Origin: Dethiobacter alkaliphilus
GTDB taxonomy: Bacteria > Bacillota > Dethiobacteria > DTU022 > UBA8154
Length of the DNA stretch: 64,000 nucleotides
Direction of reading: 5' to 3'
NCBI GenBank assembly: GCA_016841605.1
Contig: JAENYV010000001.1
Location: 165,553-229,552, forward strand
Positions 47,401-55,643 of this stretch are shown in pieces. Every line of letters starts with the position of its first letter. Positions within the stretch are counted from its first letter, which is position 1. Position numbers and translations under genes: made by a program. The notes under the pieces were generated by a model that worked only from the letters and a program-made list of their open reading frames with translations, was not told where the DNA came from and did not search any database.

Positions 47401-49567
47401 TTATATGAACGACACAAATTCCCTGCTGCTGATGCTGGGACAGCGCTCAGTCATCGAGCAAACCGGCCCCTTATTTGTTAAAAACGTCAATAGAATTGAG
47501 GTACTTACTACTACTCCCGGCAAATGGGATACTCCAAAGGTGACTCCGAGTGGTGGAGAGGTGCCTGTTGGAACCATGGTGGAGCTGCACAGCCTTTTTG
47601 ACGACATGGATAAGGTTCATTACACGATGGACGGCAGTACTCCAACCATAGAAAGTCCCATGTATAACTGGATTGCCAGCCGATGGTGGTCTTCACGGGG
47701 CGAAGAAAAAGTAGCCGAGATTAATCACCCGCTTGAGCTGACAAAAGATACGGTAATCAAAGCAATCACAATTGGTTCCGGTAAGATGAACAGTGATGTT
47801 GTCACCTTTTCCTACAAGGTCAGAACAAGTGCGGACAGCAAAATTACCTCCGGAGAAGGCGGTACAATCAGCCTTGGAGAAGAAGCCGTTCTTGAAATAC
47901 CGGGAGGAGCGCTGACCGGAAGCGGAGCGAGGGAAGTAAAAATAGAACGTGTGGAAACAACTCTCTCGGCCCCGAAGGGCTTCAAGCTACTGGGTAGTGT
48001 ATATGAGTTCAGCGTGGGAGGCAAAAACAGCTACAATTTTGCCAAGAAAGTAACCATTAAGCTCAGCTTTGATGCCGGGGCTGTAAATGCGGACGAGACA
48101 CCGGCCATCCACTATTATGACGAAGCTGCCGGCGAGTGGATAAACCTGGGCGGGGAAGTAAGCGGGAATATAATTACTGTGCAGGTGGATCACTTTACTA
48201 AGTTTGCTGTTATTGCAGCCCTTCCCAGTACTGTGACTGTCAAAGTTGAGCCCCGCGAAGGGGGTACAGTAAGCCTTGGAGAAGAAGCTGTTCTTGCAAT
48301 ACCGGGAGGAGCGCTGACCGGAAGCGGAGCGAGGGAAGTAAAAATAGAACGTGTGGAAACAACTCTCTCGGCCCCGAAGGGCTTCAAGCTACTGGGTAGT
48401 GTATATGAGTTCAGCGTGGGAGGCAAAAACAGCTACAATTTTGCCAAGAAAGTAACCATTAAGCTCAGCTTTGATGCCGGGGCTGTAAATGCGGACGAGA
48501 CACCGGCCATCCACTATTATGACGAAGCTGCCGGCGAGTGGATAAACCTGGGCGGGGAAGTAAGCGGGAATATAATTACTGTGCAGGTGGATCACTTTAC
48601 TAAGTTTGCTGTTATTGCGGCGCTTCCCAGTACTGTGACTGCCAAAGTTGAGCCCCGCGAAGGGGGCACAGTAAGCCTTGGAGAAGAAGCTGTTCTTGCA
48701 ATACCTGAAGGAGCGCTGACCGGAAGCGAAGCACTGGAGGTAAAAATAGAGCGGGTGGTTGTACCTCCTGCTCCACCAGCGGGCTTCAAGCTGCTGAGCG
48801 ATATGTTTGATTTCAGTGTGGACGGCAAGAAGTGGTATCGCTTTGCCGGGGAAGTTACCATCAAGCTCAGCTTCGCTCCTGAGGTAAGAAAAGCGGAAGA
48901 GATCCCGGTTATTTATTGCTACGACGAATTCTCGCGGCGTTGGATAAACCTGGGCGGGGAGATAAACGGGACCACTGTTACTGTACAGGTGGACCACTTC
49001 ACCAAATTTGCCGTAATGGCAGCAATGGAGCAGGGATTGGCAGATATCGCCGGGCACTGGGCGGAATACAGTATTAAAGAACTGCTTACCCTTGGGGCTA
49101 TTAGCGGTTATCCGGACGGCACCTTTAAGCCCGACAAGATAATAACCAGGGCTGAATTTACCACAGTGCTGGCGAAGTCCTTTCAGCTTGAAAACAGGGG
49201 CGAAAAGACCTTTATCGACACTGAGGCACACTGGGCCAAAAATTACATAGCTGCGGCAGTAGCGGAGGGTATTGTCAATGGCTATGACACCGCGACCTTC
49301 GGACCGGATAATCCGGTCACCCGCGAGCAGATGGCTGTGATGACCGTCAAGGCGGCCAAAGTATCTCCGGAAGCAGGAGAGCCCCTCTTTGACGACAGCG
49401 GCAGTATCTCCGCGTGGGCCGGGGAAGCCCTGGTCACAGCGATGGAGAACGGGCTCATAGAGGAATATGCCGATAACACCGTCCGGCCTCAGAACAGTGC
49501 CACCAGGGCCGAAGCTGTTACAGTTATTGTGAATGCGTTGCATAAGGCGGGAGAGAGGAAAATATAA
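44465..49567 (+). CDS. Giant S-layer-homology (SLH) surface protein, 1700 aa, multi-module
   Basis: Signal peptide MLITNKNWWYRLLPSILIVLLL..AAVHS. Two super-modules each comprise He_PIG-like Ig (EAYAGHT..GG..PYSF..GTLPAG..L.G.L.GTPT), DUF1533/Shr-like repeats (LTADTSDN..G..I.ITFTDD..WR.AI), an Oxidored_molyb-like domain and CHB_HEX_C (VHYTTDGSTPT..SPMYN). These are followed by 3 x 134-aa repeats and 3 C-terminal SLH domains (AGHWAEYSIKELL.., EAHWAKNYIAAAV.., ISAWAGEALVTAM..). Confidence 0.9.
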   Translation: MLITNKNWWYRLLPSILIVLLLPCFFGLPVPAAVHSEGGIVTITEPTGNIKNTVSKETASGPGGSAGNNVTFKDQVPVFLNMNNPDGVTGKEVYAGHTLSGTDGATPADTDSRGFIVVMDEAGIPAPALTADTSDNLLGKSIDITFTDNASWRAAISGVLVDGVALQSGKYTVSAGKISISGSVFQESKEYAIVVAANGYTDASVSQIIGTLIITGDGVTDPQIFTQPQLEAMQPQLEEMEPQHVVYSCINTWPSKKWYVGKGVKLEDLLTQAGLKETAEQIKFSSVDGYYMTLTVKELLTDKRYCFPNFKTGGDGDGHIPGDPSGAFEVETILGLVSAEGTDESSSMNDTNALLLMLGQRSVTEQTGPIFVKYVNKIEVLTAAPAKWDNPTASPDSGIVSAGTMVELHSKYNDLDKVHYTTDGSTPTIESPMYNWIASRWWSSRQDVKDEINHPIEITKNTAIKAIVIGPGKEDSDIVTFEYQVPVIMNTDNLADATENEAYAGHTFTATGGAEPYSFAVTAGTLPAGMVLNGAVLEGTPTESGTFLFTVTLTDSADPADADSHEFTLAVDEAEVVTPVLNADTTDNKVGQPIELTFTDDGLWRSAISGVFVDEVVLQPEEYTVSAGKINIAAGVFTSAKDYSIVVEAEGYEDAAVTQIITTSSTPETKEPPVLTADSSDNLKGRPIELTFTDDGLWRSAISGVLVDEVVLQPEEYTVSAGKINIAAGVFTSAKDYSIVVEAEGYEDAAVTQIITTSSAPETKEPPVLTADNSDNLLGQGIDITFTDDGSWRSAIQEVSVDGAVLQPEKYTVSAGKIAIVSGVFKESKEYAIVVKAGGYPDASVSQTINRLVITGAGVTESKMFTQSQLEAMSQRQYVYSCINTWPSKKWYVGKGVKLSDLLTQAGMKGNAKLIKFSAGDGYAMTLTVQEILTDKRYRFPNFKTGGDGDGHIPGDPSGKVEVETILGLVSAEGTDDPSYMNDTNSLLLMLGQRSVIEQTGPLFVKNVNRIEVLTTTPGKWDTPKVTPSGGEVPVGTMVELHSLFDDMDKVHYTMDGSTPTIESPMYNWIASRWWSSRGEEKVAEINHPLELTKDTVIKAITIGSGKMNSDVVTFSYKVRTSADSKITSGEGGTISLGEEAVLEIPGGALTGSGAREVKIERVETTLSAPKGFKLLGSVYEFSVGGKNSYNFAKKVTIKLSFDAGAVNADETPAIHYYDEAAGEWINLGGEVSGNIITVQVDHFTKFAVIAALPSTVTVKVEPREGGTVSLGEEAVLAIPGGALTGSGAREVKIERVETTLSAPKGFKLLGSVYEFSVGGKNSYNFAKKVTIKLSFDAGAVNADETPAIHYYDEAAGEWINLGGEVSGNIITVQVDHFTKFAVIAALPSTVTAKVEPREGGTVSLGEEAVLAIPEGALTGSEALEVKIERVVVPPAPPAGFKLLSDMFDFSVDGKKWYRFAGEVTIKLSFAPEVRKAEEIPVIYCYDEFSRRWINLGGEINGTTVTVQVDHFTKFAVMAAMEQGLADIAGHWAEYSIKELLTLGAISGYPDGTFKPDKIITRAEFTTVLAKSFQLENRGEKTFIDTEAHWAKNYIAAAVAEGIVNGYDTATFGPDNPVTREQMAVMTVKAAKVSPEAGEPLFDDSGSISAWAGEALVTAMENGLIEEYADNTVRPQNSATRAEAVTVIVNALHKAGERKI
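46241..46804 (+). repeat. Near-identical 282-bp tandem duplication (2 units; DUF1533-like module)
   Basis: Anchor CCGATCGAGCTGAC occurs at 46241 and 46523. Both units encode PIELTFTDDGLWRSAISGV(F/L)VDEVVLQPEEYTVSAGKINIAAGVFTSAKDYSIVVEAEGYEDAAVTQIITTSS(T/A)PETKEPP. Confidence 0.9.
47861..49030 (+). repeat. 402-bp tandem repeat x3 (134-aa Ig-like module); units 1 and 2 almost identical, unit 3 diverged
   Basis: Anchor CGGGAGGAGCGCTGACCGGAAGCGGAGCGAGGG occurs at 47901 and 48303, with the diverged unit-3 counterpart (CTGAAGGAGCGCTGACCGGAAGCGAAGC) at 48705. Antisense ORFs 47812-48024 and 48190-48426 share identical translations, confirming DNA identity. Confidence 0.9.
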
Positions 49568-49620
49568 CGGCACAACCTGTTGAGAAACCAAGATTTTCCG
49601 AAACGGAGTGAAAGTGAAAA

Positions 49621-50205
49621 TTGAGTAAAATGTACCGGAAAAGAATTTCCTTTATAACAACTATAACAACGCTATCGTTATTGTTTTTTCTTCTAATGCT
49701 TTACCTTACGTTTTTGGCCGGATGTCAGGGTGGTCAGCCGACTTCAGCCGGAGAAGGTATTCTAGTAATACGGGGGGATGCTGTGGAAGGTGAAGTTTGC
49801 CTTACCCTGGATGAATTAAAGTCCATGGAGGACGGCCTGATTGAAGACGATTATTTTTCCGTTAATTCATACGGGACAAAGGAGTATTTTCATTTCAAGG
49901 GCATCTGGATCTGGCATGTTTTACAAGAAAAAACGGACTTAAAGGATAATGCCTCCAAGGTGACTTTCATTGCAGAGGACGGTTACACAGTGGAATACAC
50001 GCTGGAAGAGGTCAAGAGGGAAGATTATATTGACGAGCAAAATCCTGCGACAAAGTACAAGATGATCCTGGCCTGGGAAGAAAATGGAAAAGAGTATGAT
50101 CCGGATGAAGGCAATCCCTTTCAACTGGTCGTCGGTCAAAAGGAGCCGGGTGATGAAAACAAACCATACTGGGTGCGCAATGTAAAGACCATCCGCATTG
50201 ATTGA
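49621..50205 (+). CDS. Small lipoprotein with divergent Oxidored_molyb-like domain
   Basis: Signal peptide plus lipobox (LTFLAGCQG). LVIRGDAVEGEVCLTLDELKSM...FIAEDGYTVEYTLEEV...PFQLVVGQ...WVRNVKTIRI parallels the cassette of the large proteins (L.ITGDGV....T...LE.M....DGY..TLTV.E.L....LMLGQ....FVK.VN.IEV). The start may be the ATG at 49630. Confidence 0.7.
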   Translation: MSKMYRKRISFITTITTLSLLFFLLMLYLTFLAGCQGGQPTSAGEGILVIRGDAVEGEVCLTLDELKSMEDGLIEDDYFSVNSYGTKEYFHFKGIWIWHVLQEKTDLKDNASKVTFIAEDGYTVEYTLEEVKREDYIDEQNPATKYKMILAWEENGKEYDPDEGNPFQLVVGQKEPGDENKPYWVRNVKTIRID

Positions 50206-50261
50206 AGAAAGCAGGCCGACAACCGGTGAGTGAGAATGGTTCCTAAACTGGAGGTTATAGC

Positions 50262-51344
50262 GTGGAAGAAAAAATGAAAAAACATAAGAACTATTACCTG
50301 AGCAATCGGGATCTGCTTATTGTTGCTGTTTTGAGCGGTATCGGAGGAGTGATGAGTACCTATATCGGCTATCTGGGCAATCTCCTGAACCGTATTTGCG
50401 GTGTTCCTTTCGGTGCGGGACAGTTCGTCTCCGGTTTGCATATTTTCTGGTTTATCCTGGTGGCGGGGCTGATCAGGCGACCGGGAGCTGTTACCGTCGC
50501 GGGTCTGCTCAAAGGAGTAATTGAATTGCTCACCGGCAGTACCCACGGGGTTGTCATTGTCTTGATTTCTCTGATACAGGGTCTTATCGTCGATGTTGTC
50601 CTTCTGATTGCCAGGCGCCGGAATTTGGGAAGCTATATGCTGGCCGGCGGGCTTTCCGCCGCCTCAAATGTTTTTGTCTTTCAGCTCCTCTACTTTTCCG
50701 GTGTCCCTTTCACCTATCTTCTCTTTATAGGACTTTTAGCCTTTGTTTCCGGAGTTCTTCTGGCAGGCAGCTTTGGTCACAGTGTGCTGGATATTGTGTT
50801 GCAGGCCAGGCCTTTTCGTTTGGCCGATGCTTCAAGGGAAGAGACAGCCGCAACAGCCGCGACCCCCGGGAGCAAAAAAAGAGTCCTCCCCCGTTTAAGG
50901 ATTGCTGCAACGGTTCTACTGGTTGTGCTGTTTTTTATTGGTGCGGTTTATTACTTTACCGCTGTCTTTGAACCTCCCTGGGTAGGCCCCAGCTGCCGGG
51001 TAGAAGGAGCGGTAGAAAACCCCCTCTCTTTCCAGCTTTCCCGTTTCGACCGGTATGAAACAACCATAACCGCCGAATTAAAGGGGCAGGTTAGCTACAT
51101 CCCTCCGCAGGAGTATACAGGCATCCCCTTAAGTATAATTCTCCAGGAGGCCTCTCCCCTGGATGAGGCTAAAAAGCTTAAAGTTATGGCAACGGATGGT
51201 TATATGGTGGAATTTGAACTGCAAGAAGTGTTAAATGACGACCTGATGGTACTGATCCGGGAAGAAGATATGCTTCGCCTTATAGCCGGAAATTACGAAG
51301 GAGGATACTGGGTGAAACTGGTAAACAGAATGATAGTGGAATAA
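50262..51344 (+). CDS. Polytopic membrane protein: ECF-transporter-S-component-like N-domain fused to divergent Oxidored_molyb-like C-domain
   Basis: About 6 TM helices (LSNRDLLIVAVLSGIGGVMSTYIGY..GAGQFVSGLHIFWFILVAGL..LLKGVIELLTGSTHG..) plus a 7th TM. The extracytoplasmic part reads CRVEGAVENPLSFQLSRFD...VMATDGYMVEFELQEV...YWVKLVNRMIVE. Confidence 0.65.
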   Translation: MEEKMKKHKNYYLSNRDLLIVAVLSGIGGVMSTYIGYLGNLLNRICGVPFGAGQFVSGLHIFWFILVAGLIRRPGAVTVAGLLKGVIELLTGSTHGVVIVLISLIQGLIVDVVLLIARRRNLGSYMLAGGLSAASNVFVFQLLYFSGVPFTYLLFIGLLAFVSGVLLAGSFGHSVLDIVLQARPFRLADASREETAATAATPGSKKRVLPRLRIAATVLLVVLFFIGAVYYFTAVFEPPWVGPSCRVEGAVENPLSFQLSRFDRYETTITAELKGQVSYIPPQEYTGIPLSIILQEASPLDEAKKLKVMATDGYMVEFELQEVLNDDLMVLIREEDMLRLIAGNYEGGYWVKLVNRMIVE

Positions 51345-51656
51345 ATAAATCTTATTACTGAGGAAGAGCCGGACCAATGGGATGAGCCGACCTCATCGCA
51401 TGTATCGGGGACGGTAACGGCCGGGACACAGGTAACGCTCAATCATACCGGTATCAACGAGGTGAGAATTTATTATACAACTGACAGCAGCACCCCGGAT
51501 GTGAACAGTACCATGTACAATGTAAGCGCTACCTACTACCAGCCGCAGTTGAACGTACCTATTACGATCAACCAAACTGCTACAATTAAGGCTATCGCCA
51601 TCGGACCGGGTAAAACCGATAGCGATGTAGCTGTTTGGACCTATATGTTGGAATAA
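51345..51656 (+). pseudogene. In-frame post-stop extension of the 50262 gene encoding a complete CHB_HEX_C-like domain (nonsense-split or readthrough segment)
   Basis: A single TAA (51342-51344) separates ..VNRMIVE from the in-frame INLITEEEPDQWDEPTSSHVSGTVTAGTQVTLNHTGINEVRIYYTTDSSTPDVNSTMYN...ATIKAIAIGPGKTDSDVAVWTYMLE. That is the same junction (..IEVLT..P.KWD.P..) and domain order as in the intact paralogs. There is no RBS or ATG at its beginning. Confidence 0.6.
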
Positions 51657-51697
51657 CTGTTTTGGCTAAAGACAGCTAATGTTGTTGTCTAAAACGG

Positions 51698-52543
51698 TTA
51701 AACGGCTATCATGGTTACACCGATATTTACAGGCCGGCCAAAATACATGGAAGTGGTAACGATGGCATCCACTCCTGTTGCCGCATATTTTTCAACATTA
51801 GTTTCGTTTATTCCCCCGGCGGCAATGGTCAGAATGTGCGGGAAATCTTTTTTTATCTCCCGGACCAGGTCGGCTATTTTTTCGGGAGACAATTTATCAA
51901 ACTGTAACCCGTCAATACCCGCGTTGCATAAATAATCTGCTTCTTCCGGTTGTTCAATTTCTACGATTATCTTTTTTTCACAGGTTTTTGTTTTTAATTC
52001 CTGTATTTTTGCAGCCAGTTTGTCCTCCGATTCCAGGAAAACCCGGTGATGCTTAAAAATAAGTATTGTTTCCGATAAGCCGAGCCGGTGAGGAAAACCT
52101 CCGCCGCTCAAAACAGCCTTAATGGATAATTCTTTTGTTCCCGGGAATACCTTTCTTGTTGATAGTATAGAGACGTTCCGGTTTACTTTCTTCGCTTTTT
52201 CTACCAGCTTGTTGGTGCGAGAAGCCACTGCACTGGCATACTCCAGGATATTCTGGGAAGGTTTCCAGAGCAGGTGCAAAACATCTGCTTTACCGCTAAT
52301 TTTCATAAAGATCTGTCCGGGAAGGACTTTCGAACCTGAAGGGGTATATTCGAGCACCCGGCCTCCCTTTAGCTCACACAAACGTGCAATTTCCTCCGTG
52401 CCGCAAAGAACGGCTTCATCCCTGCTGAGGAAGTGCATTTCTCCGTCCCGGCTACCGATATTCAACATAAAGGTAGTGAGATCCATGTAAGGAGTATCTT
52501 CTTTAAGCCATTTTTCTAAAGTATCATTGGTGATATTAACCAT
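51698..52543 (-). CDS. modD: ModD-like protein (quinolinate/nicotinate-nucleotide phosphoribosyltransferase family)
   Basis: LEKWLKEDTPYMDLTT.., GKADVLHLLWKPSQNILEYASAVAS, TRKVFPGTKELSIKAVLSGGGFPHRLGLSETILIFKHH and a C-terminal TIM-barrel part (AAGGIN..N). It fits the ModD/QPRTase pattern. Confidence 0.7.
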   Translation of the reverse strand: MVNITNDTLEKWLKEDTPYMDLTTFMLNIGSRDGEMHFLSRDEAVLCGTEEIARLCELKGGRVLEYTPSGSKVLPGQIFMKISGKADVLHLLWKPSQNILEYASAVASRTNKLVEKAKKVNRNVSILSTRKVFPGTKELSIKAVLSGGGFPHRLGLSETILIFKHHRVFLESEDKLAAKIQELKTKTCEKKIIVEIEQPEEADYLCNAGIDGLQFDKLSPEKIADLVREIKKDFPHILTIAAGGINETNVEKYAATGVDAIVTTSMYFGRPVNIGVTMIAV

Positions 52544-52731
52544 GTTAAATCCTCCTGTATAGAATTAAGAGACCATCAAGCATTTAACAGACCGGACATT
52601 ACACGAAAGGACTGTTGATTTAGGGGAAGTATACCAAATTTCCTCCTTTATGTAAAGATATGCATATCCATGTGTCTCAATATGATTATATTAAGGGGCA
52701 AAATAAGCTGCAAATCAAAGTAGTTTTTCTG

Positions 52732-52785
52732 TTGACCCTCTTATTTTTATCATATATAATTTTCATGTATTGGTAAAAAAGACTA
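52732..52785 (+). promoter_or_regulatory. Conserved promoter/leader element, copy 2
   Basis: TTGACC 52732-37, 17-nt spacer, TATAAT 52755-60, then TTTCATGTATTGGTAAAAAAGACTAACTTTT. Confidence 0.7.
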
Positions 52786-52906
52786 ACTTTTGTGGTTACC
52801 AGCAATATGCATGCCGAAACATATCGCGCCTCAAGAGAGCGCTACCAGGTCCGGGACTGTTAATTATTTTTAATATACTGAATAAGACGGGAGAGAGGAG
52901 AGTATA

Positions 52907-54655
52907 ATGGCGCAGGGAAATAATCTTCAATTAAAAAAATGGTTGTATAAGCAATTAATAACCATTCCAGCTCTGTTATTACTTACTGCTTCGTTTTATC
53001 TGACGGCGCCTGCGGTTGCTTTGGCCATACAGTCGGACTCGCTGGAAATTATCGGGGACGGGGTGACGACTCCTGTGACGTTCACCTTGGCCGAGCTTGA
53101 GGCGATGAAGCAATACGAGCAAGTCTACAGTACGATCAACACTTATCCGACCAAGAGATGGTACACGGCAAGAGGGGTTAAATTGAGGAACCTGCTTGCT
53201 TTGGCAGGAATGACAGAAGAAGCCGAAATGATTAAGTTTATATCCAATGATGGCTACGATGTGACCCTTACGGTTAAAGAACTGCTGGAAGACAAACGGT
53301 ATTATTTTCCGGGTTTAAAGGAGAATCATCCCAGTGATGGAAGCATTCCAGGTTCTCCGGAGGGGGCGCAGGAGGTTGAGCCTATCCTTGCCCTTATCAG
53401 TGCCGAGGGCAGTGACAATCCGGCTAATATGAACGACAGGGATTTCTTGCTGCTGATGCTGGGGCAGCGGGCCGTAACCGAGCAGACGAATAATTTGTTT
53501 TTAAAATATACAAGTAGAATCGAGGTGCTTACCACTGCTCCGGAAAAATGGGATAGTCCGAAGACGAGTATTCCGGACGGCACCGTGCTGCCTCCGGGGA
53601 TCATGCTGGAATTGAGCAATAAGGGCAATGACGATGATAAAATTTATTATACCCTGGACGGCAGCACTCCCACGGTGAACAGCCCTATGTTTAACTGGAG
53701 CGCCAGTCGCTGGTGGCCTTTACGAGCGAATGACCTGGAGAGTGTCAACAGGCCGATCGAGCTTACGGAGGACACCGTCCTCAAGGCCATCACCATCGGT
53801 CCCGGCAGGGAGGATAGCGATGTGGTCACGTTTACCTTCACTACTGATCCCACGGCTGTGGACCCGACGAAGATCCCCGGCGGACCGCCGACCGGCGTGA
53901 CCCTCGACCGCAATGCAATTGACCTCAAAGTCGGCGCCACTTTTCAGCTGCAGGCGACGATAGCTCCGTACAATGCCACGGACCGGAGCGTAACCTGGAG
54001 TTCCAGTGATACCAGGACGGCCACGGTGGATAACAATGGCCTGGTAACCGTTGTCGGCCCGGGCTCGGCTACCATCACCGTAAAAACTTTAGTCGGCAAA
54101 TATATATCCTCCTGCATCGTGAACGGTCCTGAACAGGATGATGATGAAGGGGGCGCTATAATTGCCGGTCCCGTTTCTCCGGAAAATGAAGCCCAGGAGG
54201 ATCCTTTGGAGCCGTCGGCGGAAGAACCATTGGTGGAAGAGATTCAAGAAGAGGAGCTTTCAGTAGAGGAGCCGCCGCCATTACCGGAAGATGATCAGCA
54301 GTTCGTGGAAGATAAGGTTACGGCTGATCCCGCGACAGCACCTTCAAAAACCCCTGATAAAGCACCGGACTCTTCCGATGAACCACCAGTGGATGAGTTG
54401 CCTGTACCGGATGTCAAAGGGCAGTATTTGGCGGAAAAGGATGCAGTAGCACTCGCTTCACCCGCTGGCGATGTTTCCTCAGAACAGCCGGGTAGCCTTA
54501 CCCGGCAGATATTCGAAATGTCGCTTGATGTTACTGTACCATTGCCATTACAGGAGGTGCAAAACGAACTGAATATTTATACTGCTGCTATTTTCCTGTT
54601 TCTTTTTCTTTCCGGTATAAGCAAAAAAATCGTAGAATATGCAAAGGAGCTTTGA
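52907..54655 (+). CDS. Envelope protein: signal/TM - Oxidored_molyb-like - CHB_HEX_C - Big_2 Ig - acidic P/E-rich spacer - C-terminal TM anchor
   Basis: The cassette runs LEIIGDGVTTPVTFTLAELEAM..YSTINTYPTKRWY..IYYTLDGSTPTVNSPMFN. The Big_2-like part is VTLDRNAIDLKVGATFQLQATIAPYNATDRSVTWSSSD..ATVDNNGLVTVVGPGSATITV. The C-terminal helix is IYTAAIFLFLFLSGI. Confidence 0.8.
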   Translation: MAQGNNLQLKKWLYKQLITIPALLLLTASFYLTAPAVALAIQSDSLEIIGDGVTTPVTFTLAELEAMKQYEQVYSTINTYPTKRWYTARGVKLRNLLALAGMTEEAEMIKFISNDGYDVTLTVKELLEDKRYYFPGLKENHPSDGSIPGSPEGAQEVEPILALISAEGSDNPANMNDRDFLLLMLGQRAVTEQTNNLFLKYTSRIEVLTTAPEKWDSPKTSIPDGTVLPPGIMLELSNKGNDDDKIYYTLDGSTPTVNSPMFNWSASRWWPLRANDLESVNRPIELTEDTVLKAITIGPGREDSDVVTFTFTTDPTAVDPTKIPGGPPTGVTLDRNAIDLKVGATFQLQATIAPYNATDRSVTWSSSDTRTATVDNNGLVTVVGPGSATITVKTLVGKYISSCIVNGPEQDDDEGGAIIAGPVSPENEAQEDPLEPSAEEPLVEEIQEEELSVEEPPPLPEDDQQFVEDKVTADPATAPSKTPDKAPDSSDEPPVDELPVPDVKGQYLAEKDAVALASPAGDVSSEQPGSLTRQIFEMSLDVTVPLPLQEVQNELNIYTAAIFLFLFLSGISKKIVEYAKEL

Positions 54656-54661
54656 AGCAAG

Positions 54662-55333
54662 GTGACGGAATCTATTTTATTATCCTTAAAAGATACCATG
54701 CATGTCATCTCGTCAAATTTATTGATACCTACTATTATTATCCTGCTCCTACTTTTGGCTTTGACCGTAGTCGAACTCGGCGGTATTCTGGCGGAAACCC
54801 TGACGGAAAGACGCAGGATGAAAGTCGACGTGTCGGAGTTGGTTGACGCTTTTCAAGGGAAGGATGCCGGCAAGATTATGGACAAGATCGAGCATAGCCT
54901 TTTGTTACGGCGTCAGAAGAAGGTTCTCGGCAAGCTAATCAGGCACAGCAATTTGCCGTCTGCCTCGTTGCAGGCACTGGCGCGCCGCTTGCTTGCCGGT
55001 GAGGAACTGCATTATACCAAGATAACAAACAGGACCGATCTGGTGGTGCGTTTGGGTCCCATGTTCGGATTGATGGGCACTCTCATTCCACTAGGGCCGG
55101 GTATGATCGCCCTCGGCCAGGGGGATACCAAGACACTGGCAGATTCTCTGCTCATCGCCTTTGACACAACAATAACCGGCCTGGCAGCCGCGGGTATTGC
55201 TTTTGCCATTTCCCGGTTACGGAAACGGTGGTATGATGATTACTTGAGTAATCTGGAGGCCTTAATGGAGAGCCTATTGGAGGTGTTTGCTCATGAACGG
55301 GGGATTGAGAAGCAGGAGGTACAGGACGCATAG
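54662..55333 (+). CDS. MotA/TolQ/ExbB-family proton-channel protein
   Basis: GTG start. Three TM segments. LGPMFGLMGTLIPLGPGMIALGQG......LADSLLIAFDTTITGLAAAGIAFAISRL matches the ExbB/TolQ signature region. Confidence 0.8.
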   Translation: MTESILLSLKDTMHVISSNLLIPTIIILLLLLALTVVELGGILAETLTERRRMKVDVSELVDAFQGKDAGKIMDKIEHSLLLRRQKKVLGKLIRHSNLPSASLQALARRLLAGEELHYTKITNRTDLVVRLGPMFGLMGTLIPLGPGMIALGQGDTKTLADSLLIAFDTTITGLAAAGIAFAISRLRKRWYDDYLSNLEALMESLLEVFAHERGIEKQEVQDA

Positions 55334-55619
55334 GGAATCAGAAGATATCAATCCTCTGGAGGGCGTTATCAACATTGTAGATGCCATGCTGGTATTTGCC
55401 TGCGGACTTATGCTTGCTTTGGCTGTTTACTGGAACATCGACCTGGGCCCCATAGGAGAACGAATCAATATAAACCGTGGACGGGAGGTGACGGAAGTCC
55501 CGGAGTTACGTGACGACCTGATTGAAACCCAAGACCAGGGAAAGCTTTACGAAAGAATGGGCACCGTCTATAAAGACCCCGCAACCGGGCAGCTTTTTAT
55601 GCTGACCGACGAGGAATAA
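55293..55619 (+). CDS. DUF2149-like / ExbD-like single-pass partner of the ExbB-like protein
   Basis: ATG 9 nt after GGAGG, with a 41-nt overlap on the ExbB-like gene. EDINPLEGVINIVDAMLVFACGLMLALAV resembles the ExbD/DUF2149 N-terminal anchor. Confidence 0.6.
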   Translation: MNGGLRSRRYRTHRESEDINPLEGVINIVDAMLVFACGLMLALAVYWNIDLGPIGERININRGREVTEVPELRDDLIETQDQGKLYERMGTVYKDPATGQLFMLTDEE

Positions 55620-55643
55620 TAAAGATAAGGGGGGACTAGATCA

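Noticed and set aside
48389-49591. 400-aa minus-strand ORF (and many 60-160-aa minus ORFs between 44.5 and 49.6 kb)
   Set aside because: It is entirely antisense to the SLH/repeat region of the 1700-aa + strand gene, whose domains are clearly recognisable. The antisense translation is low-complexity, has no motifs and has no RBS. This is a typical shadow ORF of a stop-poor repetitive gene.
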